From Pseudomonadota bacterium (GTDB lineage: Bacteria > Pseudomonadota > Gammaproteobacteria > Acidiferrobacterales > Acidiferrobacteraceae): a stretch of 64,000 bases of DNA. The stretch covers positions 76,085-140,084 of the forward strand of contig JAJYRD010000010.1 in assembly GCA_021794275.1 (NCBI GenBank). The letters run 5' to 3'. Positions 20,592 to 37,086 of the stretch are shown piece by piece. The position numbers and the translations under genes were made by a program. Position 1 is the first letter of the stretch. Each line of letters starts with the position of its first letter. A model generated the notes under the pieces. The model searched no databases. It worked only from the letters and a program-made list of their open reading frames with translations, and was not told where the DNA came from.

Positions 20592-21023
20592 ATGGACACC
20601 CGACTCATCGATGATTTCACACGCCACCACCGCCACCTCGACGACACCTTCGCCGAGACGAGATCAGCGGCCGAAGACGGCGACTTCGCGCGCGCGGTCG
20701 AGGCATTCCGGGCCTTTCGCGAGGCGATCGAGCGCCATATGGGGGCGGAGGAGACCTGGCTTTTCCCGGCCTATGAGGCCCGGCATGGCTCCGACAACGC
20801 CATGACCTCCATCCTGCGCAAAGGACATCGTGACCTGCGCGGCTTCTTCGAGGAGATCGCCGAGGCACTGGATCAGGCCGACGGCGACGAGGCATCGGCG
20901 CTCATGGGCACGGTAGGCCAGATCCTCCAGCACCATGACGAGAAGGAGGAGCGCGAGTTCTACCCGGCGGCAGCCCCGCTCTTGAAGGACCCGGGGCCGG
21001 CCATCAAAGCGCTCGAGGCGTAA
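20592..21023 (+). CDS. Hemerythrin-domain protein
   Basis: H-rich four-helix pattern (..FTRHHRHLD.., ..IERHMGAEE.., ..GHRDL.., ..LQHHDEKEE..). Confidence 0.7.
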   Translation: MDTRLIDDFTRHHRHLDDTFAETRSAAEDGDFARAVEAFRAFREAIERHMGAEETWLFPAYEARHGSDNAMTSILRKGHRDLRGFFEEIAEALDQADGDEASALMGTVGQILQHHDEKEEREFYPAAAPLLKDPGPAIKALEA

Positions 21024-21531
21024 CACCGCGCCGCGCGGCCATGGCGCGCCCCAGGGCAGCGAGGTCGGACGGTGCGAGCACGGCGCGGGCGCGCGGCAGG
21101 ATCACGGTATTCTCGGCTTCCATATGGGCCCGCATAAGGCTCACGTAAGGCTCGATCGGAAGATCGGCCGGCACGGCGGGGAGCGCCCGCAGCATGCGCT
21201 CCAAAGGCGCATAGGCGCGCTCCAGATCCCGATGTTCAGCCATGAGGCGCGCCATGGTCGTGGTGAGTTCGCCATCGCCAACGCGCTCAAGCAGGGGTGC
21301 TAAATCGTGCTCCTCGTCCTCATGATGCCAGCGCCCCGCCTGCGCGAAGTAGCCCCACACGCGCTCGGCCGCCATCTGCGCGTTGAGATCGCCGCCGCGG
21401 GCGCGCACATGCGTCTTTAGGCGCACGAGCGTCGCGCAATGGCCCTCGATGCGTTCGTGACAGGCGGCAAGCAAGCCCAGCGGGTCGTCGAAGCCCGGTG
21501 CGCCCCGCTCGCCTTTCTCGCCGATACGCAT
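21004..21531 (-). CDS. Hemerythrin-domain protein (NorA/DnrN-like by pattern)
   Basis: ..LLAACHERIEGH.., ..RWHHEDEEHDL.., ..LMAEHRDLE.., ..HMEAEN.. metal-ligand-like motifs. Start at MRIGEK. Confidence 0.65.
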   Translation of the reverse strand: MRIGEKGERGAPGFDDPLGLLAACHERIEGHCATLVRLKTHVRARGGDLNAQMAAERVWGYFAQAGRWHHEDEEHDLAPLLERVGDGELTTTMARLMAEHRDLERAYAPLERMLRALPAVPADLPIEPYVSLMRAHMEAENTVILPRARAVLAPSDLAALGRAMAARRGVTPRAL

Positions 21532-21563
21532 AGCCCCCACCTCCGTCTGAAGTCCCCGCGCCC

Positions 21564-22013
21564 TCAGGGCTCCGCGCAGCGCATGCACTGCACGTCGTAG
21601 CGATCGAGCCAGGCGCGTAAGGCCTCCATGGCCTTGGGTCCTGTTACGAGGTCGACAAACGCAGCCGCGGGTTCCACGGGCCGCACCTTGGCAAGCCAGG
21701 CATCCGTATACGGGCCGATGTTGACGAGATGCGGGGTCTCTAGGACCGCGGCGTTCACCTCCTCCACAATCCCCTCAAACGGACAGGGCACGCCGCCCGC
21801 CCATTTGCCGCTTTCGAGCGTCGCCACATGGCGGCCCTTGTTCAGGTGCGTGCCGACCTTCTTTATGCGGATCTTCTGGACACGTCCGGCCATGGTCTGC
21901 GCGGCGTCCGTGATACCTAGTACGACAAGACCGTCCTCGTCGGGGCGCGCCCACACATAGTCGAGATCATAGAAAAGATCGTCCGGCAGTTCGCATCCGC
22001 GGTACTCTGTCAT
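21564..22013 (-). CDS. GcvH-like lipoyl-carrier protein with a Cys-containing C-terminal extension
   Basis: Aligns by eye along E. coli GcvH (VGITDAAQ.., ESGKW in place of ESVKA with the lysine retained, ..VNIGPYTDAWLAKV). It has an extra roughly 25-aa tail ending DVQCMRCAEP. AAGGAG RBS. Confidence 0.7.
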   Translation of the reverse strand: MTEYRGCELPDDLFYDLDYVWARPDEDGLVVLGITDAAQTMAGRVQKIRIKKVGTHLNKGRHVATLESGKWAGGVPCPFEGIVEEVNAAVLETPHLVNIGPYTDAWLAKVRPVEPAAAFVDLVTGPKAMEALRAWLDRYDVQCMRCAEP

Positions 22014-22063
22014 GCCTTGCGCTCCTTGGGTCTCAGTCTAAATATTAGGTTCCGGCGCCCACC

Positions 22064-22077
22064 TTGACGGCCATCAA
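22064..22077 (-). promoter_or_regulatory. FNR/Dnr-type box (minus strand TTGATGGCCGTCAA) upstream of the GcvH-like gene
   Basis: Same core and same GGCC spacer as the box at 20513. It is again followed after exactly 23 nt by TAGACTGAG (22032-22040). It overlaps the stop of the Crp/Fnr gene. Confidence 0.6.
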
Positions 22078-22766
22078 GACCGTCCCGATCCCGCCTCGTC
22101 CCGCCATTGGATAAGCCGCGCCCGATCGGTGATGTGGATGTCATTGCCGGCGACCGAGATGAGTCCGAGATCGCGCAAGGTGGCGAGCACGCGCGAGAAG
22201 GTCTCGGCCTTGACTCCGAGACGCGAGGCCACGACATTCTTGTGGACCTGGATATGGACGTCCCCCGAGTTGGCGTCGGCCGGGGATTGGCCGAGCAGGT
22301 AGCCCGCCACGCGCTGTCCGGCGGTCTCAAGCGTCAGGGCCTGTACGTCGTTGATAAGTTGGTGCAGGCGCATGCTGATGCTCGCCAACATGCGCAGCGC
22401 CATGCCCCCGTTGGCCTTCAATATCCTCACGAAGTCGCCGGTCGGTATCTCCACAAGCGCAGCATCCGAGAGCGCGCCGGCATAGACCGGATAGTGCCCC
22501 CCCAGGAACACGACCGCCTCCCCGAACGTCTGCCCGGCCATCAGGATCTCGATCACCTTCTCGTCGCCCTGGGCCGAGAGCCGGTACAGGCGAACCGAGC
22601 CTGTCACAATGAAATAGAAGGCGTCGGCCCGGTCGCCTTCGGCAAACAAAGTCTCTTGGGCCTTCAGGAAGCGCCGCTTGGCATGGGCAAGCAGCTGCTC
22701 GATTTCGTCTGGGAACAGCCCCGAAAAGAGTGGCGCCTTCTGGACCGCTTTCAAATCCTCATGCAT
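22074..22766 (-). CDS. Crp/Fnr family transcriptional regulator (no N-terminal Cys cluster, Dnr/NnrR-like)
   Basis: cNMP-binding-like beta-roll and a C-terminal HTH with the FNR-type E..SR recognition motif (KAETFSRVL). There are no cysteines in the N-terminal region. Confidence 0.85.
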   Translation of the reverse strand: MHEDLKAVQKAPLFSGLFPDEIEQLLAHAKRRFLKAQETLFAEGDRADAFYFIVTGSVRLYRLSAQGDEKVIEILMAGQTFGEAVVFLGGHYPVYAGALSDAALVEIPTGDFVRILKANGGMALRMLASISMRLHQLINDVQALTLETAGQRVAGYLLGQSPADANSGDVHIQVHKNVVASRLGVKAETFSRVLATLRDLGLISVAGNDIHITDRARLIQWRDEAGSGRS

Positions 22767-22825
22767 GCCTGCCCCCTGCTGTTAATATAGGTGCCCTTCG
22801 CGCGCCGCGCCCACGTGACCGTCCC

Positions 22826-23841
22826 ATGGAGCTTTTCGAGCCCGCCGACAATAGCGGCATACTCCCCATCGCTTATTTCCACGCCCTGGCACGCCTGGGC
22901 GGCGAAGGGCTGATCCTGATAGAACCGGCGCGAACCTTCGTGAGCCTGGGCGCGTTCGACGATGCCGCAAGCAGCCTGGACCAGGACTATTGCCGCGAAC
23001 ATGACATCCCGGTCATGCGCCGCGAGACCGGCGGCGGCATGGTGCTGCTCGGTCCGGGTCAGGTCTTCTATACCCTGGTCTTGAGGCGGCCCCACGCGAT
23101 CGTGCCAAGCCGGGTCGACGAAGCCTACCAACACCTCTCGCAGGCCCCGATCGCGGTCTATCGCCATTTCGGCATCGCCGCCCGACTCCGCCCTATCAAT
23201 GATATTGTCACGGAGCAGGGGCGCAAGATAGGAGGGCAAGGGGCGGGTGACATAAACGGATGCTTCTGCTTCGTCGGCAGCGTCCTGCTCGATTTCGACA
23301 CCGATCTCATGCATCGCGTGGTCCGGCTTCCGGATGAGGATTTGCGCGCGCCGCTCAAGGCCGGTCTGGACGAGGGGCTCACATCCATCCGGGCCCACAC
23401 CGGGATGCGCCCCGAGCCGGAAGCCGTCAAGCGCGCCTTGGCCAGGGCGTTCGCACCACTTCTGGGGGGTCTCACGCCGCGCCCCGTACCCGCCTGCCTC
23501 CTGGCGAAGGCGCGCGAGGTGGCCCGCGAACTGAGCGACCCGCGGATCGTGGACTCCGACGAGACCCGGCCGCGGCCGCTCTTCAAGGTGCGGGAGGGGC
23601 TCTATCTCTGCCAACGCGCAATGACGACACCCGAAGGGCGCGTCGTCGTGTCGCTCACGATCCAGGACGACCGCATAAGGACTGCGGCCCTGCGCGCGGC
23701 GTCGGGCGGGGCGCTGGTCGACCTGTCATCCCTCGTCGGCCGACCGCTCGACCGCGCAGCGCTCTTGGCTGGCCTCCCTGACCTCTCCGCCCTCGGTATC
23801 GAGCGCGAGCCCTTTATCGCCACGCTCCTAGGCGCAAGCGC

Positions 23842-23845
<4 letters not shown>
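22826..23845 (+). CDS. Lipoate-protein ligase family protein (LplA-like, BPL/LPL catalytic domain plus C-terminal domain)
   Basis: ..[22 protein letters not shown].. and the catalytic-lysine motif [10 protein letters not shown]. Start at MELFEP. Confidence 0.75.
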
Positions 23846-27735
<3,890 letters not shown>

Positions 27736-27825
27736 CGACGTCGGCTCCGCGACCTCGCGCCCAGATTCGGGTCTCCCAGGGGGGCGCACAGAGCCCCCGA
27801 TCCACCACCGCCTCGCGACACGCGC

Positions 27826-28245
27826 CTACTGCGTCGACGCAGCGGGCGCCGATAGCGGCACGCTACCCGTGCTCTCCCCTTTCGAATTCGCGCGCGCGCG
27901 GCTTAGCGGCGGTCCGCTCATTCCCGGAGGCGCCTTCTTGGCCGTGGCGGATGACCGTGAGGCGGGGGCAGACGAGCGCTTCTGCGCAGGGGCCACGGGG
28001 CCCGCCGGCGGCTCGGCCTCGCGGCCAGTCCCAGGTGCCCGTCGCGTAGCGGTGGGCGGGAGCGCCTCCCCGTTTGTCGCATAGCGGCTATGGTCAGGAG
28101 GGGCGGACATGCCGGATGGGATCTGCAGAGGCGGTAAAGGGGGCGGCACCACATAAGCGGGCGCCCGGCATCCGCTCCCCGTCGACGCGCATCCCGAAAG
28201 ACCGGCCCCCGCCAAAATCATCACCGCCAACCACCGATACCTCAT
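27826..28245 (-). CDS. Short proline-rich lipoprotein at the bamC (nlpB) position
   Basis: Lipobox LSGC. The ATG overlaps the dapA stop (ATGA). The LQIPSGMSAPP segment resembles the BamD-binding N-terminal segment of E. coli BamC (from memory). No globular domains follow. Confidence 0.55.
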   Translation of the reverse strand: MRYRWLAVMILAGAGLSGCASTGSGCRAPAYVVPPPLPPLQIPSGMSAPPDHSRYATNGEALPPTATRRAPGTGREAEPPAGPVAPAQKRSSAPASRSSATAKKAPPGMSGPPLSRARANSKGESTGSVPLSAPAASTQ

Positions 28246-29120
28246 AGCTTGATCCCCGCCTGCTGTAATGCGTCTCGAACCGCCGACCGTTTGTCATCGG
28301 ATAACGGCGTCAATGGAAGCCGCAGGCGGGGCCCGATAAGACCCATCGCGTGCAGCGCCCACTTCACTGGAATCGGATTCGACTCCACGAACAAGGCCTG
28401 ATGCAGTGCTGCGATCGCCGCGTCAGCGCGCCGTGCAGCTTCGTGATCGCCCGCGAAGATCGCCTCCCACGCCTCTCTCATCGCCCGCGGCGCGACATTC
28501 GCGGTCACCGAGATCACGCCCTGGGCCCCGAGGAGCCCGAGCGCAACGCCCGTCGCATCATCGCCGCCGTAGAGGGCAAAGCCCGGACCGCATGCGGCAC
28601 GTATGGCGCGCGCCCGATCCAGGTTGCCGGTCGCCTCCTTAATACCCACGATACCCGGCACTTTCGCAAGTCGCGCCACGGTCTCTGGCAACATATCGCA
28701 GGCCGTGCGACTAGGAACATTATAAAGGATCACAGGGAGATCGACGGCGCGCGCGATCGCCGAGAAGTGCTGGAAAAGCCCTTCCTGCGTCGGTTTGTTG
28801 TAATAAGGTGTCACGACGAGACAGGCCGAGGCCCCCGCCTGACCTGCTGCACGGGAAAGCGCGATGGCCTCTGACGTGGCGTTCGCACCGGTCCCGGCAA
28901 TGACCGGCAGCCGCCCGGACACCGCCCGCACCACATGGGCGATGACCGCCACATGCTCGTCGACATCCAGGGTCGACGCCTCGCCGGTCGTGCCGACCGC
29001 CACGATGCCATGCGTCCCAGCATGGAGATGGAAGTCGAGAAGCCTGTCTAGGGCCGCAAAATCGACAGCGCCATCGTCCTGCATGGGCGTCACGATGGCG
29101 ACAAGACTACCGCGAATCAT
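28242..29120 (-). CDS. dapA: 4-hydroxy-tetrahydrodipicolinate synthase
   Basis: GSLVAIVTPM...VGTTGEASTL..., full-length DapA pattern. Confidence 0.93.
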   Translation of the reverse strand: MIRGSLVAIVTPMQDDGAVDFAALDRLLDFHLHAGTHGIVAVGTTGEASTLDVDEHVAVIAHVVRAVSGRLPVIAGTGANATSEAIALSRAAGQAGASACLVVTPYYNKPTQEGLFQHFSAIARAVDLPVILYNVPSRTACDMLPETVARLAKVPGIVGIKEATGNLDRARAIRAACGPGFALYGGDDATGVALGLLGAQGVISVTANVAPRAMREAWEAIFAGDHEAARRADAAIAALHQALFVESNPIPVKWALHAMGLIGPRLRLPLTPLSDDKRSAVRDALQQAGIKL

Positions 29121-29445
29121 AGGCCGACCCACAATAAAAGCGCGATACTACTTGCCATACCGTTGGCAAGCAAGGGAAGCGCCGCACGGCGCGCCGTGAT
29201 CGGGGGAGGCAACGGGACTCCTCGGCCATCTGCAAAGCCTCTGCGTGGCGGCACTCGACCGCGCGACGCGACGGCCGTAAGGCATATGCGCAGCCAGGTC
29301 AAGACCAGTGCTTTTACAAGCCGCGCCATAAGGCACGGCGTCGGGCATAAGGAAGCGGGTCAATGCGAGCGACCCGGAGGCCAGGGTCCGCGCCCCCGAT
29401 GCCATCCCGCAAACCACGCCCCGGACGAGGCCCCAGGCGCAACTC

Positions 29446-31797
29446 TTAATGCGCGAGCACCTTTTGCACTACGGTCCGCAATTCATCGTTGCGGTAGGGT
29501 TTGGCCACGGCCTCGCAGAAGCCGTAGTGCTTATAATTGGCCATGATAGGATCGTTGGAATAACCGCTCGATACAATCACCTTGGCCTTCGGGTCGAACT
29601 CCAAGAGCTTGCGTACGGCCTCGCGTCCGCCCATGCCGCCAGGTATCACGAGGTCCATGATTACCAGGTGGTAGGGCCGATCCTCGTCGGCCGCCCCTTT
29701 ATAGGCGGCAAGCGCCTCGGCCCCATCCTTCGCGTAGCCGACCTCGTAACCGAAATGGGTGAAGAGCCGGCCCAGAACATCGCGGATGAACGATTCGTCA
29801 TCCATAATCAAGATGCGCCCGTGACCCCGACGTACGCGCCCCGTAGGGTTCGCGGCGGACGGCAGTCCCTTGTCGGAGGCCGGCAGTAAGATCCGGAACG
29901 TCGCGCCCCGGCCGACATCGGAGTCGACCGTGATCACGCCGCTATGCTTGCGCACGATGGAATAGGTGGTGGCAAGGCCAAGCCCGCTGCCTTTTTGTTT
30001 CGTGGTGAAGTAGGGATCGAAGATGCGCGCCTGGTGGTCCTTGCTGATCCCCGTGCCTTCGTCGGCGCACACGACCTCAGCATAGCGCCCAGGAGCCAAG
30101 CCGTGCCCGTCACCCACCGTAAGCCGCGCCTCGTTGACCGCGACACGTATACGCCCGCCGCCCGGCATGGCCTGCTGCGCGTTCAGGACTAGATTGTGCA
30201 CCACCTGACGGATCTGTCCTTCGTCGGCCTCGACCACCACGTGGCCGTTCACCGAGACCTCACAGAGAATGTTCGATCCGCGCGAGGCAAACTCGGCCGA
30301 ATCCCTTACGACCGAACCTATATCGATCGGCCTCTTGACCGGCGCTCCGCCTTTGGAGAAAGTGAGTAGCTGCTGCGTGAGATCCTTGGCCCAGAGGGCG
30401 GCGCGTTCCGCCTCCTCGAGCCTGTCGTGGACCTGCTCACCCACCGACGTATAGAGCTTGGCGAGCGAGATGTTGCCCATGATCGCCGTAAGAATATTGT
30501 TGAAGTCGTGGGCGATTGCACCGGCCAAGAGCCCCACCGATTCGAGCTTGCTGGCCTTCTGGCGCTCTTCCTCGAGCCGCTGCACGTCGGTCACGTCGCG
30601 GAAAACCACAGCGGTCCCCTGCAACTGGCCCTCGACGTCGCGCATCGGCATGATGCCGGTCGCAACCGCGCACTCGCGCTTGTCGCGACGGATCAATATC
30701 CCCTCACGGTCCGGCCCACCCGGTCCCGCGCGCTCAGCGTTGCCATTGACAACCTCGGCGACGAAAGGCGCCTCGCGCACCACAAAGACCTCTGTAAGTG
30801 GTCGCCCGGCGGCCTCCTCCTGGGTCCATCCCGTGAGCTGCTCGGCCGCGCGATTGAGCAAAACGACGCGTCCATCGATATCGGTCGCGATTACGCCGTC
30901 GCCTATCGAGCGCAAGGTGACAGACAGACGCTCCTTTTCCAGCGCCAGGGCCTCGGCCACCCGGCGCTGGTCGTCTATGTCGGTGGCCGCGCCGAGCCAT
31001 GCGCGCACCCGCCCCCGGGCGTCATGTTCGGGCTGGATATGCACAAGATGCCAGCGGTAACTCTGATCCCGGCCCCGCTTAAGCCGCAGCTCGGCGGACA
31101 ACTCGGCGCCCCCGAGCAGGGCCTCGCGCCACACGCCCTTCTTCCCCTTCACATCGTCGGCATGCACGACGTCCTCCAAGGCAAGCCCGCTCACGGTCTC
31201 GCTATCGACGTGGAAGTACGTCAACGCCCGCTGGTTCACATACTCGAACCGCAGATCACGGGTTATTATCCAGACTAGCTGCGGTACGAGATCGGCAAGA
31301 TTCCGGTAGCGCCGCTCGCCCCGCCGCTGCACCTCCGCCACCTGCCGCGCGCGCTCGCGGCGCTCACTCTCCTGTATGAGCCGCGCCTGGGCCTTGATCT
31401 GCCGATTCTTGCGAAACAAATCCGCGAAGACGGCGACCTTTGAGCGCAAAATCTCGATGTCGAACGGCTTAAACAAATAGTCGACCGCACCAAGCGAATA
31501 GCCCTTATAGACGTACTGCTCTTCCTTGTTGAGCGCCGTCACGAAAATGATCGGGATAGAGCGCGACTTGCGCCGCTTGCGGATAAGGCTCGCGGTCTCG
31601 AAACCGTCCAAGCCTGGCATCTGGACATCCAGCAGGATCACGGCAAACTCGGCGCGCAAAACCTCCTTCAACGCCTCTTCGCCGGACAAGGCCTTGACCA
31701 CCTCATATTGCGGATCGTCCAGGGTCTCGGCGAGCGCCGTTACGTTTTCCGGCCGATCATCCACGACCAGGATCTTGATTTTCTCCTCGTTATCCAC
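29446..31797 (-). CDS. Hybrid two-component protein: receiver, PAS, PAS, HisKA/HATPase, receiver
   Basis: N-terminal ILVVDDRPEN...LLDVQMPGLDG, H-box IAHDFNNILTAI, C-terminal ILIMDDE...DLVIPGG. Confidence 0.85.
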   Translation of the reverse strand: MDNEEKIKILVVDDRPENVTALAETLDDPQYEVVKALSGEEALKEVLRAEFAVILLDVQMPGLDGFETASLIRKRRKSRSIPIIFVTALNKEEQYVYKGYSLGAVDYLFKPFDIEILRSKVAVFADLFRKNRQIKAQARLIQESERRERARQVAEVQRRGERRYRNLADLVPQLVWIITRDLRFEYVNQRALTYFHVDSETVSGLALEDVVHADDVKGKKGVWREALLGGAELSAELRLKRGRDQSYRWHLVHIQPEHDARGRVRAWLGAATDIDDQRRVAEALALEKERLSVTLRSIGDGVIATDIDGRVVLLNRAAEQLTGWTQEEAAGRPLTEVFVVREAPFVAEVVNGNAERAGPGGPDREGILIRRDKRECAVATGIMPMRDVEGQLQGTAVVFRDVTDVQRLEEERQKASKLESVGLLAGAIAHDFNNILTAIMGNISLAKLYTSVGEQVHDRLEEAERAALWAKDLTQQLLTFSKGGAPVKRPIDIGSVVRDSAEFASRGSNILCEVSVNGHVVVEADEGQIRQVVHNLVLNAQQAMPGGGRIRVAVNEARLTVGDGHGLAPGRYAEVVCADEGTGISKDHQARIFDPYFTTKQKGSGLGLATTYSIVRKHSGVITVDSDVGRGATFRILLPASDKGLPSAANPTGRVRRGHGRILIMDDESFIRDVLGRLFTHFGYEVGYAKDGAEALAAYKGAADEDRPYHLVIMDLVIPGGMGGREAVRKLLEFDPKAKVIVSSGYSNDPIMANYKHYGFCEAVAKPYRNDELRTVVQKVLAH

Positions 31798-31806
31798 GAT
31801 GGGCTC

Positions 31807-35889
<4,083 letters not shown>

Positions 35890-36609
35890 GGTACTCCTCC
35901 TGAACGATCAGCGTTTGATTCATCAAGAACGAGCGCTACGAAGCAGGGTTCTTGGGGCGAACGCCGCCGCACGCAGCAATGCACCGGTGTCCGATCACAC
36001 CGGCGACTCATTCTTCGACTACGGCCCGGCCTGCATTTGGAGGGTTTTTCTGGATGGTCCGGCGCCGCCTCCGCCCCGCGGCTATTGTACTGAACGAAAC
36101 CCTGCGCGCAAAGCGCATCGCAAGATCCCTCGGGCAGGCAGGCGGGGCAGGTTCGCACGGCGCCGCCCACAACCCGCCTCGACCGCTTCGACGCGCCCTC
36201 GTCGTCTTGTGGGCGATGGCAAGATACTGAATACTATTCGCCGAGCGCCAGTCCGAGCGGGCACCTGCAGGACGCAGGGCAGCTTTGGACGATAAAAGGA
36301 AAGGGCGCTCATCGTGCGCGACCCCCTTTGGATCGGGGCGCGGCTCGCGGATACGCCCACCCGGGGCGCGACACGGGCAAACCAGAAGGCAGCGCAAAAC
36401 CGTTCCCGTCGCCTCGGGGTGGCCATGGTTCGGGTCTGCATGCCTCGTCGCGACGTCCGAGGCGGGCGCCCAAACCCACGCGCGGGGGATGGTCGCGCAC
36501 GGAAACCGGGGGCGCCCTTAAGTGCGCGGGCGACGTATCGGTGCAAGCGCCACCCCATGAGGGGCCGGGCCCGATCCCTACGAACAATCATCGGAATGAG
36601 TGGATCATA

Positions 36610-37086
36610 ATGAACACAGTCCAAGTCGGCCAACCTATTCCCGATCTCTCGGTCCAGGCAACCGACGATCAGGCGTTCCGCTTGTCGGAACTTCAAGGCC
36701 GGAATGTCGTTTTGTATTTTTACCCCAAAGACAACACCCCCGGCTGCACGACCGAAGGGCAGGATTTCCGCGATCACTACGAGGAATTTGAGAAACTGAA
36801 CACCACCATCCTCGGTGTCTCGCGCGACGACATAAAATCCCACGAGTCCTTCAAGGGCAAGCAATGCTTCCCGTTCGACCTCATCGCCGATACCGACGAG
36901 GAACTGTGCCGGGCATTCGATGTGATCAAGGAGAAGAATCTTTACGGAAAGAAGTCCATGGGGATAGAACGGAGCACCTTCATCATAGACGGTAAGGGAG
37001 TGCTGCGCCGCGAATATCGCAAGGTCAAGGTCGACGGCCACGTCCTTTCCGTATTGCGGGACCTGCGTGAGATCGTCGCGCGCTGA
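36610..37086 (+). CDS. bcp: Peroxiredoxin Bcp (thiol peroxidase)
   Basis: LYFYPKDNTPGCTTE peroxidatic-Cys motif, 158 aa. Confidence 0.9.
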   Translation: MNTVQVGQPIPDLSVQATDDQAFRLSELQGRNVVLYFYPKDNTPGCTTEGQDFRDHYEEFEKLNTTILGVSRDDIKSHESFKGKQCFPFDLIADTDEELCRAFDVIKEKNLYGKKSMGIERSTFIIDGKGVLRREYRKVKVDGHVLSVLRDLREIVAR

